Source: Paraspadella gotoi
Taxonomy: Eukaryota; Animalia; Chaetognatha
Reading direction: 5' to 3'
Assembly (NCBI GenBank): GCA_051294375.1
Contig: CM119265.1
Span: forward strand, 8,688,772 to 8,752,771
Length of the DNA stretch: 64,000 nucleotides
The notes under the pieces were generated by a model that was not told the origin of the DNA, ran no database searches, and worked only from the letters and a program-made list of their open reading frames with translations. The translations under genes and the position numbers were made by a program. Positions within the stretch are counted from its first letter, which is position 1. The number at the start of each line of letters is the position of its first letter. Below, one piece after another: positions 13,882 through 25,200 of this stretch.

Positions 13882-16725
13882 TCATCCCGCAGTTCGGCAG
13901 GCGCTGCCTCGGCTCCGACCCGACTCGCGCAGTTGGCAGCACTTGGATCCGTCGCAAGGATACTCGCGAGATGACAGAGATTCGAACTTTAGCGGCTCTT
14001 GGCAGAAACTGCACGAGATCGTGCACATTGATTTCAACGGCAATGAATTTCGCGCCCACACGTCCTGAAAAAAAAATCAATCAAATGAATTTACAATTTG
14101 AAAGCTTGGGTAGTACTATAATACATTTTTGTCGCTATTTTTTTTTTCAACGTTGAAGTTTTTCAATTATTTTAAGGTTAAACTAAAAATAATATAATTA
14201 CAGATTAAACTAAAACAAAAGTAAAATTAAACTAACCTTCATGGCCCGAACAAAATAGTCGATCATGTCGTCGTCGTGAAAGGGCGTCGGGGCGATCCTA
14301 AGACGCTCCTCTCCCCACTTGACCGTAGGATAATTGATGGCTTGGACGTAAATGTTCCACCGGTTTCGGAAATCGTGCATGGCCTTGGTGCTCAGAATAG
14401 GGTCGCCCACATGGACGGGAATGATGTGAGACGGACAGTGGATGACGGGAAAACCTTCGTCGACTAATCGGTTTCGCAGAGTTCTTACGGTTTCCTATAA
14501 CACATTAACAGGAGAAGATAACGAATAATTAAAATTTTTAATTTAAAATTAAATAAAATTATGAAAGCAATAAAAACCATTATTTGCTGTAGTACGTCAT
14601 TCATGCCGTCAGTTTACTTTTAAAAAAATCCCTTCAACATTTGCTGCCAATGTTCCCCACCCCTCCTCCCTTGAACAGACCTGATGTTTCATCCTCAGCG
14701 CCCTCCCCTCCGACGACGACAGGATTTTGACTGCCTCCCTCGCGCCGGCCAAAACGGTGGGAGGGAGCGAGGTGGTGAAGATGAACCCGCTCCCGAAGGA
14801 CCGGACCAAATCGATTATCGATTCGCTTCCGGCGACGTAGCCACCGACGTTTCCGTAAGCTTTTCCTAGCGTCCCCGAAAAAATATCGACCTTTTCCGAA
14901 GACAGGAAAAATAAAGAAAAGAGAATGACCTTTTAAAAAAAGTTTAAAAATCTTTTTCTACGTAAATGATTGTCTTACAAAAATTGATAGCATAACTTTT
15001 ATAAATAATAAAATATTCCCGCCCCCACCTGATCCATAAGAAAGTCGCGTTCGGCGATGCCGGCGCCGTGTTTTCCATAAAGACCGACCGCGTGGACCTC
15101 ATCGACGAAAGTGATGGCTCCGTGTTTTTTCGACACATCGAGAAATTCCTTGAGTGGACACACGGCCCCCGTCATCGAGTGGACCGTCTCGAAAGCTACG
15201 ATCTTCGGGACGGACTTGTCGACTTCGGAGAGCAGACGGTCCAAGTGCTCCGGGTCGTTGTGCCGAAAAACGTGCTTCGGTGCTCGACTGTTGCGAATGC
15301 CTTTTATCATTGATGCGTGGTTCCCGGCGTCGCTGAAGATGTGACAACCGGGAAGCTTGGCGCCCAACGTCTCCAGCGCGGTATCGTTGGCAATGAAGCA
15401 GGAAGAGAAAATGCAGGCCCGTTCCTTGCCATGAAGGCGTGCCAGGTCCGCCTCTAATCCCTCGTGGAGGGTCGAGTTGCCGCCGATGTTCCGAGTTCCA
15501 CCGGCGCCAACGCCGAATCGATCCACGGCTTCGTGAACGGCTTTCATTACCTGTAAATATAAGGCAAACATTAAGCAGGATAGAGTTTTCCCAGTTTTAA
15601 ATCTAAATTAATTTTGTACACACTTTTGGATGTCTACTCATCCCCAAGTAATCATTGCTACACCAGACGGTGATGTCCGACTCCGTCATCCGATCGCGCG
15701 CGTAGGGAAATTGCATCGCCTTTCGATCAACACGCGGAAACACGCGATAAGTACCCTCTTGCTTTTTTTTGTCCAGTTCGCTCTTGCAGAATTCTTCATA
15801 GTCGAAAACGGCTGTTCAAAATAATGATTTTTTAATAAAAATATTACCACGTTAGTTTGTTTAGAATAGAAGGCCAATTAGTTGAACAATGAAGCTTTTT
15901 GTCGTTTTCTTAATTAGCAATAAAGGTATTTCTTTAATTCTCAATCACCAATTTTTAATGGATCATAATATTTGAAACCCACCGCTAGAAAAAAATATGT
16001 TTAATAAATGAACTGACTTCCACAAATCTTTGATTCACCATCGCTAGATTTGCTCGGATCTTCTTTCTTTTTCTGTCCACCTATTTCGATTACGTCTTCC
16101 TGCAGACCATCCGAAGCTTTCGTAACAGCTTCAAGATTCTTCATCAAAAATGGACACTGCGATGCAGCGCTTTTTGCCAAGGAAACATTTTCATTTTCTG
16201 AATCAAAGTAATAATCACAATAATAGAAATACGTTGAATTTTAATCATTTAAAAACAAATGTCCCTCTCTTGTAGAACATAATATTCTCACTTCCACTTG
16301 CTGTGGTCGAATTCACTTGGTGAAATTTATCCAAATCTTCATTAGGAGCCACCGCGGTGTGCATGAAGTTAGCACCCTTCTTTACAACCGAAGAGAGTTT
16401 CGGCAAATTCGTTCCCGATGTATTTCCAGGATAATTCATTACCTGATCCACAAATAAGTAAATCAGTAAATCAGTAAACAAAATTTTAAATGAAGTATTT
16501 GAATACCTTGGATACAGAGGGCGACTCCTTCCCGACGCCGTCACTTCCATCAGCAGCGTCGAAGCTGACCGTGTTGGAGAAGGCCCTTGAGGCAGCGGCA
16601 ACGATGGCAGCGGTAATCTTTCCGGAAGCAAAAGGGCAGCATTCGGCGAATTTAAGCACAGACGCCGGTTGAGTTTTGATCAGATTCATAGGGACTTTAG
16701 TCAGGAACGGACACCTCAGAGCCAT
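13882..16725 (-). CDS. ALAS: 5-aminolevulinate synthase, mitochondrial (about 8 exons)
   Basis: ATG at 16725 gives MALRCPFL. Haem-regulatory CP motifs RCPF, CCPF and QCPF are present. Core motifs include [58 protein letters not shown] (PLP lysine), [26 protein letters not shown] and ERLRIAPTP. The last exon (14064-13882) has CSFC and a TGA stop. Confidence 0.97.
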
Positions 16726-18560
16726 TGTTAACTGTCCAACCAACGGTCCAACGCCCAATATTTTTGTTTTTTTCAGTGGGTTTGGACTCTTTACAGGGTC
16801 TGTACCTGAGCTTGACGAAAAAGGGGAGAAATTAGATGAAGCATTCGAGTCAAGTGAGCTCGCCGACTGTCAAGAAAACGGGAAGAGGATTTCTTTTATA
16901 GCGACGAGTCTCGATTCCTGTATTGATCGAGGAGCTTCGCCACTCGCACGGAAAAAAGGAAAAACAACAAAATGTAAGGAAGAGGAAGAAGAAAATAAGA
17001 AATTATTATGGGAGAAAGGATTGTTTTGAATAAATTCTTTTTGATGGGTAAATTATAAATAAATAAATCAGGTCAGTCAACCCAGTATTGTATACATCCG
17101 TTTGTAAAGATATTGTACAGGAAGGAAGTCAAAACAACAATCCTTTTTTTCATATGTTAGCCTGATTTTTTGAAAGAACCCCCTCCTCGACCTTGCGTCG
17201 TCAGGACTTTACATTTTTCGGTTTCATGTTAAACTTATCAAATTAGAAAGCAGAATATTTTTTCCCCTGCTAGATGAAAAGCATGCAAACCTAGCTAGTG
17301 TACAAATTAACTGTTAAGGTTTAACTTAAATATTTAAATAAGTTTATAACTTTATGGTAAAAAGTGTGGTCAGTCACTCGTAGCTATATACGTGCAACTG
17401 GCATGCAAAGGTTTTTTTGAGGAAAAAGAAAAACATTTTAATTTTACTTTGTCCTGCCCTTTGCTGGAGACAAGACATGAGAGATTACGTCAAACGGTGA
17501 TTTTACTGCCCAAGGTTTTGACATTGTCCTATAATTTCTTCACCATTCGAAATTTTTGTCGCATTTTAAAACTTACGCCGTTACCATATGGACATCAAGC
17601 TGGGCACTGTGGGCAGGCCAAGGCTAGGCAAGGACGAATAAACATGAACATTTCAACGAAATCAATTAAGGTTATTCCTGTAACAAGAAACACAAATACT
17701 CACTGTGACGATTTACGACTTTTTCCGATCGTAGGCATTTATCAACTGTTGCTCGTGTGTTTCTTCTCTGAAATCTACTGAGAGCGTTCCCTTTTGACTA
17801 ACGTACAAACTATTTAGTCATCAAATAAAAGAACAGCTTTTAACGTAAGAGGGGGCGTTATCCGATGTTTCAAAATATTAAACATCTGCTGACGATGAAT
17901 AACACGGTCCGCCCCTTACTCAAATTCGTTTCGTATGGTAATATTGTTAGCTATCATGTAATTTCAAAATTGTTTTAATTTCGTTCTAAGACAAAATCTC
18001 TGTCAATCTTTTTTTTCTGAAAAAAAAACATGAATGATGGAATTCGTTTGTCCAAAGCGGAATCAACAATCAAAATAAAATAAAAAGTAACTAATAAAAA
18101 TAGTCAATGTCAAAGTTATTCTCTTTCCTCCGCGGAACGTTAATCAGCTTTTTTTTCCCAGACAATATGAACCAGTATTTTACGATCAAGTGCCCGAACC
18201 TGTTTGATGAGAAGCTTATGAAGAGAAGCAGACTTGAACGCTGTGGGTTTTCAGACTCGCTTTGGTAAAAAGTGGGGCTTTGAGAAAGTCGCCTTCACTG
18301 TTGTATCATCGCATTAGTCGCAAGAGTTTAAAAATTGTATTGTAAATTTGCGGATTACGGTTTTTCGAGAGCTTACCAGATAAAGGGGGAATCAAAATGA
18401 AAAGGTTCGTTCGTTTTTATTCTGATTTTTTTTAGAAGTAGATACATAAATATATTTTGCTGAAGTCTTTTTTTCCCCCAGTTTTTATGTTATTTGAAAT
18501 GAGCCACTAGTTCTTTTGATTATTGTGACTTAAAACTGAACTAGAACCCAAAAAGCGAAG
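16726..18560. promoter_or_regulatory. Divergent intergenic region between ALAS and SNX5/6 (likely shared promoter plus 5' UTRs)
   Basis: The two ATGs are head-to-head about 1.8 kb apart. No specific promoter motif could be assigned. Confidence 0.45.
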
Positions 18561-21538
18561 ATGATGGACGGGTTGGACGACGGTCCCGACCTACTGGCGG
18601 AGTCGACGCCGCCGGCAAGCAACAAAAACCTGCGTGGGGAAACCGTTGATCTCAACGTCGACAACTCGCTGCTCGTCGATATTTCCGACGCGCTCTCCGA
18701 GAGGGACAAAGTGAAATTCACGGTGCACACAAAAGTAAGTCGCTGAGTGCGAAACAATGACGGCCTAATCCTAATAAAGAAAACAACCGATTCTTGGCTA
18801 GCTTCTTACTCTTTCTTCTCCTTTGCCCGCACCAGACGACGCTGTCGGTGTTTCAGCAGCGCGAGTTTTCCGTCGTCCGTCAGCACGAGGAGTTCATTTG
18901 GCTCCACGACTGCTTCGTGGAGAACGAGGAGTTTTCCGCCTTCCTCATTCCTCCGGCGCCGGCCCGTCCAGACTTCGACGCCTCCAGAGAGAAACTGCAG
19001 AAACTCGGGGAAGGCGAGAACACCATGACCAAGGAGGAGTTCAACAAAATGAAGGCCGAACTCGAGGCGTGAGTCTTTCATGAAATTGGTACAACCAATA
19101 TAAAAATTATCCATTCATTTAATAAATAAGCTATCTTGCCCCTGACTTTGGACAGGCTTTGGTGGTTTAAGGCCTCCATCACTCTTACAAGATAATGACA
19201 TAGCAGGTCCCTGCAAGCTTTCAATCAAGACTCTCTCACAGCCTCGTTTATTCACTCCCAGAGTACCTGGCTTCCCTATCAATGAAGTGGTATAATATTT
19301 CAAAGAATGTTTCAATTGTATTGTATTGTATTCATTTTTTTTCTAAATTCTTTATTCGGGGCTGGAGAATCGTTGCTCCGTTTGAGAAGCAGTGCCAGCG
19401 GTCTAGACTTTGAATAAATTGACGATGGAGATTGTGCTTACTTCTGAATAACCGTTTTTTTGTCCATGCTCAAAATTTAACTAAATTCTTTCTATGAGGA
19501 AAAAGTTAGAGAAAGACAAAGTTTATTTGTTTATGTACAACGATTTATTTTTACATAGGACATGTTTCGGCTTTAAGTATAAGCCTTCATCAGCGAGGAA
19601 AAAGTTTTAAAAGTAAAATGTGAATCTAGTTCTAGTGTGGCGAATCCTAAATCTCAGCTCGTCCCATTAGCTTGGACATCTGGGTAATCGCTTACCAACC
19701 GTGAGTTCCGGGTCTAAATTTTACTCTCGCCGACTGCGGTTTTGGCGGCTTTTGAAAACTATTTAAAAATATTTATCTAAAAATTTTTGTTTTAAATATT
19801 ACCTAATTACCCTAACCCTAAACCCTTTTAACCCAAAATACGCCTAACTTTAAAACCACCCCTTAAAGCACCCTTAACCCTAATCCCTCCCTAACCCCGT
19901 TCGGCGAAAGTAAGGTGTGATGTCGCCGGCATAAGCACGCTAGTGACATGGGGTGGTCACTGGTCACAGCAGGTCCAAAGCCATGAGCGCCATCTGTCGG
20001 GAGATGCCTCACACCCCGGGCATTCAGATGATCGATGCTCAAGTAGCATTTCTTCGAATGCTTTTTAGGGTCTTTTTTTTTTAGAAGGACAGAATAAGAA
20101 TATTTATTAAATGGATGTGAAAAATTTTTTTAATGTAAAAAAATTTCAAAAACCCCGTCCTTTTCATTTTTCATTTTCACGTTAATTAAGGGAATATCTT
20201 GCCACATTCAAGAAAACTGTGGCGATGCACGAAGTATTTTTGCAACGGATCGCCAGCCATCCTGTGATGCGCAATGACCACAATTTCAGAGTTTTTCTCG
20301 GTGAGTAAACAAATTGTTATGTAACTGCTTTTGTTATTACTTCTGAGTATTGTTTAGTTTTGTAACCAGATTTTTTAAAGATTTGATAAAAACTATATCA
20401 TCATTCCCTAGAATACAACGAAGACTTGAACGTGAGGGGGAAGAACAAAAAAGAACTGGTTGGCGGTTTCTTCAGCAAAGTCACCAAGTCCGCGGACGAG
20501 CTATTGCTATCCGGACAGAAGGACATCGACGAACAGTTCGAACAAGAAAAGCTATTCCTCGTTGATTATCACAAGAAAATTGGAACTTCGACCGAAATGG
20601 CCGATAAGATGACTAAGAACACAAAAAGTCAGTGTCTAATAATTGACATTCTAAATACCTTTGTATATATGCTTTTACTGTCGACCCCCTCAGACTTGGC
20701 CAATTCCTACATCAACATAAGCTCGACGCTAATCAGCCTTTCGTCAATCGAGAATCCCTGCTTGGAGAAATTCATCGTCAAGTTCTCGGACGTATTGGAA
20801 AGAGGGCGTAAACTGGAAGGCCGGGTGGCCTCGGACGAAGACCTCAAGCTTTCCGACACGTAAGTTCGTTACAATGTACCCGCAGTTCTCTAGTCTCAAG
20901 ATTTGTATCAAGTGAATTTTATGGTTTATCCATTCTTCATTTGCCTGTCGTTATTTATTTTACAACAAATTAAGAGTTAGAAATTATTTGCATTGATGAG
21001 AAAGCCCCAAAACGAGGGTCTTGAGATTAAAATAATATAAAATACATAATTCTTATTTCGGCGTCTAGCCTTCGTTACTACTTGAGGGACTCAGCTGCTG
21101 CGAAGGACTTGTTGTACCGTCGGGCGAGATCGCTCGCCAACTACGAAAACGCCAACAAGAACCTGGATCGTGCACGAGCAAAAAACAAAGACGTTCAAGC
21201 CGCGGAGAACACCCAGCAGGTCAGTCACGCTCTTTTGCCGGGACGCTAATTGCTTTCGCCAAATTGTTTTGCGAGTGATTCCTAAAGTATTTTAAACTAA
21301 TTGCTATTAATTACATTTATGCTTTGATTTCTTGCCCTATTAATGCTCACAGATAATGTGCGAAAAGTTTGACAACATCAGCGAAGTTGGGAAGGGAGAA
21401 TTGGCCGAGTTTCGTAGGAGAAGAGTGCAAATGTTTCGCAAGAATTTGACTGATCTCGCCGAGTTGGAGATCAAGCACGCCAAGGCGAAAGCGGCCCTGT
21501 TTCAAGAAGCCATCAACTCTCTAAAAGCATTAGGTTGA
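18561..21538 (+). CDS. SNX6: Sorting nexin 5/6 (PX-BAR, retromer/ESCPE-1), 7 exons, intact copy
   Basis: Phase-consistent GT-AG exons 18561-18734, 18836-19068, 20191-20300, 20412-20627, 20694-20859, 21069-21219 and 21353-21538. Motifs: [110 protein letters not shown]. Confidence 0.97.
19077..19335. mobile_element. Polymorphic insertion of about 249 bp in SNX5/6 intron 2
   Basis: Present in copies A and B, absent in copy C (about 46900). Flanked by TTCAT (19077-81 and 19331-35) and ends in (TTGTA)3. Confidence 0.7.
19496..19606 (-). mobile_element. 87-bp insertion with 12-bp TSD, probable truncated Penelope-like element / retrozyme fragment
   Basis: GAGGAAAAAGTT is duplicated at 19496-19507 and 19595-19606. 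Empty sites are seen in copy A (about 2285) and copy C (about 47075). The insert contains a hammerhead core on the minus strand. Confidence 0.8.
19559..19594 (-). ncRNA. Minimal type I hammerhead ribozyme motif (stem I truncated)
   Basis: The minus strand reads g-CUGAUGA-a-GGCUU-auacuua-AAGCC-GAAAC-AU-GUC-c. It has the conserved CUGAUGA and GAAA boxes, a 5-bp stem II, a palindromic ACAUGU minimal stem III and a GUC cleavage triplet. Confidence 0.75.
19710..19913. mobile_element. MITE-like element, same family, right TIR truncated (also in copies A at about 2400-2607 and C at about 47184-47368)
   Basis: GGGTCTAAATTTTACTCTCGCCGACTGCGGTT ... AACCCCGTTCGGCGAAAGTAA, with internal CCCTAA/CCTTAA repeats. 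Confidence 0.8.
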
Positions 21539-22234
21539 AACTATTTTTTAAAAAATATGGGGACGTGATTCGTGATTTCGTTTTTTTTTTTTATTTCGAA
21601 CGAGATCACAAGTATTATTAACATTTTCGGCTATGGTGTTAGGTCAGTTTTTATGAAGGCTTTTATTTACTTATTTCTAGTCTTATTTAGATAGTTTATT
21701 CGAATTTCGCTATCAATGATAAAAATCTTCGCCAATTTTTTTCACATTCCATAAGCACTTGATATTGTAAAATTAAAATGCGATTGAATCAATTTATAAA
21801 TTATTTTACATGGGTTATTGGCTGGTACCAATGGTTTCAAAACGATGTTTGAAAAAAAAAAATAAATGGAAACCGAGAGGAACGTATTGCTTTCGACGAC
21901 GACATTTAAATTTGTAGTTTTTTTAACAACAATTAATTAATAGCTCGCTAGTTTTTATTTTTTAGCATTCGGCTTCATAGCTAACAGCGACTTAATCGGT
22001 TTGAAGCAAATCTTGGCCACTCCTAACATGACTCTTCATAGGTAAAAATGAATATTAGCTTTATCAAAACAAAAGCGAATTTTCTTAAAACTTGAATCAA
22101 GTTTGAGAAAATCCTTTCTCGTCCTGAAGCCCAACACTTGAATTAAAAACCTAAGGAAGTTGATCGCACAACTTTATTTCGATAATACAGCTGGCAAAAA
22201 ACAACCGTGTGGAGAACATTTTTTAAAAAATTCT

Positions 22235-25200
22235 TTAAGTAAAAGTGGTATCAGTTTCGTGACCGTCGGCGGAATGAGAATGGAAAGTTGTTGAGAGATT
22301 ATATTTGGAATGCTGGGTTTTTGAGCGCGCCTCAAATAATTCTCTTATAAGCGAAGCTTTTTCACTTTCAAGTTGCGTGATCCGTCTTGACTTTTGATCC
22401 AGATCTTTGAAAAGGTCGTCGTTTTGTTTCTTTAGCCTATGGACAACGACACCAGGAATACTAAAAAAAAACAAAATTCAAGTTTAGTTTCGTGATGCTG
22501 TATTGACGGTGTTCTAACTGTTGTTCCCATAGTTACCTTGATTCATCTGATGGTCTTGCCGAACTCACCGCAAGGTTCATTGAGTCTAAAAATGCCTGTA
22601 CAATAAAATTAAAAAGAAAACGGATACAAAAGGATTCTTTGCCTTTTTCTATCCTCCTGTGCATTTGTAGTCACGTTAAAAGCGTTAAAACATTTTTATG
22701 CTCTCGTGAAGACAATTAAAAAATTGTAGTCACATTAAAAATAAAATAGGTTTCACGTTAATTCGTGAAGTGGTTTTGTTTTAAATTTGTGAAGAATTAG
22801 TTTTTCTGTATTGTACCCGATTGTTTTGGTTGTGCTCATGATTATACTAGGAGCATTGACCATGAGCTGCATGAAAAGATATTTCGTGAGATAACAGATT
22901 ATTAACCTTTTGAAAAGTTGGCTGAATCATTTATTCGTAATATCTTACCTTATCTTTACAATGGATAAGACCTTCAAGTTGCTGATTGACTTCCGCAATT
23001 CTTGCCATTTGAAACATGAGTTGTTCTTGTTGGCCTTCAAAACTGTATTCCTGCAAATATTTTAATTTTTATTCGTTATAATGCAATTAACGAGTTAAAT
23101 ATAGAAACGTTGAACCATAAAACTAAGCCATTTTTATCCCTGCAACGTAAAATGCGGTACATTTTTTTTCATTAGTTAACGAGGTTTAAAGCCGTCTCTT
23201 TTAAAAATATATAAAAATTAGTTTTAAACCTCGTGGAAAAAAAAGTTTTTAAACAAACTGTAATAATATACTGAAAGTATTGTAAAAAACGCTTGAACTT
23301 CATTATATTATATTTATTTAATCGTGCTGTTGTATTAAATATTAAGCGCTTCACATTCGTCAAGAGTTATGTTGTTCATAAATTATAATTTTTGGAATAT
23401 TTCTGTTACAACAGTAAAGTAAAAATCAAATTTTGTTCTTTTAAATTCTTAAAAAATTAGTCAATTGTGTTTTTTCAAATTTTCTTTTAGATTGCTTCCC
23501 CTTATTCCAAAGTTTGAGTTTCTATCATTTTCCAAGCCAGAACGTTTATTATTAGGAGAATATTGTAATGATTTTAATGATGATGATCCAGAGAATGGGC
23601 CAGACATAGTATTTCGGAAGTTATCCGGTGATGTTTTCTGTAAAATGGTATTAAGTTTTTAATTAAAGTGGATTATATTTAAACCAGTAACTTAAAATTT
23701 ACGGTGTTGGTGAGATTGATAATGCATGATTTTCTTGAGAACGTCATGGGGCTTTTTTCTCTTAATATGGCTTCTCCAAACATTGCTGATCCACCGCAAA
23801 GACCTCGTTTAATAAGTTCCGCCATTCCATCAGGGATTACAGCTCGTGATACTGTATTGTATCTTGAAAAACTTCTTCTTGAAATGGTGCTGGTTTGGTT
23901 AACTATTATGTTTTTGATTTTGACAATTTATTTCAATTGCCTTACCTTCCTAGAATCAAGGCTCCGTTTTCAATATTGCGGTTAGGACGAGGAAATTCTG
24001 TAAGATAATTTTTCTTAAATTTTGGGGGCGTTTCATCAAAATTGTCAGAATCTATGCGTCGTATGTGATGTGATGGAACTACATGATTTAAAAATTTCAT
24101 GTAATCCTCTCCTATTAATCTTCTATCAAACGCTGGTTTGTGTTTTTTTTTTGTTTTTTCTGATGGAAAGTGAGGTACAGGGTTCATATTGATTTCTTTT
24201 AAAATACATGGCCTCTGGAATGATTTCAATTAAAATTTATGCGCGACATGAAAGTTTCCTAATAAAAAATACAAAAATTGAAACATTTAATACGTGTAAT
24301 GATTTAATTAAGTTTATAAAGCAAAATTATTCATCAACTTTTAGTGTACTTCCACGAATTCCCAATGAGTCCAAAGTAGATGTGATTGATCCTCTCCATT
24401 TGCTTTCTCGGATCTGTTTTTTTAAAGCAGAAGATGGTGGCAAAGGGGGGATTCTTTCTACACATCGAGATGAATCTTCACTTGCAAGTAATGCATTTGG
24501 CTTTATAGGTTGGGGAATCAAGTTGCCTGAAATTTCCTTCTGATTCTCTGTAATTACAATATCTTCAGTTGGTTTCATAATTGCTTCGCCAAAAGTAGCA
24601 GATCCACCATTTATTCCAATATTAAGAAGTTCTGACATTCCAGTGGGCAACACCATTCGATTTGTTCTTTCTGCTTTTGATTTTACTGTTGGTCTATTTA
24701 TTGTACTCCCCAGTATGAGGGATCCTGATTGAAAGCTTTCTGTGAACGATTTAGGGTTTATAGATCTTCCAAGTCCTAATGAATTTGGATCTTTGATAAA
24801 ATATTTTCCAAGGTCTCTATTAGATTGAAGTCGTTTAATAGGGTTAACAGGAGTGACTGTGCTCAAAAAATCTAAATAGTCGCTGCCAAAAAATCTCTTA
24901 TCAAAAATAGGCTTTTTAAGTTTACGCGTTCTTGTATGTTGATGCTCCATAAAATTGTGTTCAGAGTGACCTGCTTGCCCTTCCCCGTCTTCTGCAAAGT
25001 AGGATTTTGGCAACTGTAAATCCATGTATGAACCTCTTTCGAAAAACTGCTTTTTGGTTACAAAGGATTTTACATCTGGAAGTTTTTTCCCACCTTTCAT
25101 CTTTCTTCCACCCAATGCCCCATTTATTCCGACATCTGCAAACCTCAAACTAGCTGCTTCTGCATTCATATTTTCGTTTTCTTCCGAGTTACTTCTGCCA

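Noticed and set aside
16726-18310. Iron-responsive element in the ALAS 5' UTR
   Set aside because: The minus-strand CAGTGN hexamers I found (about 17605, 17701, 18296) lack the flanking 5-bp stem, and there is none near the ATG.
19800-19900. Interstitial telomeric repeat (CCCTAA)
   Set aside because: The units are few, degenerate and confined to the interior of the MITE family.
19914-20030. HDV-like ribozyme suggested by the 7-bp GGTGTGA/TCACACC pairing
   Set aside because: There is no P3/L3 consensus loop, P1.1 or J4/2 arrangement in the required order.
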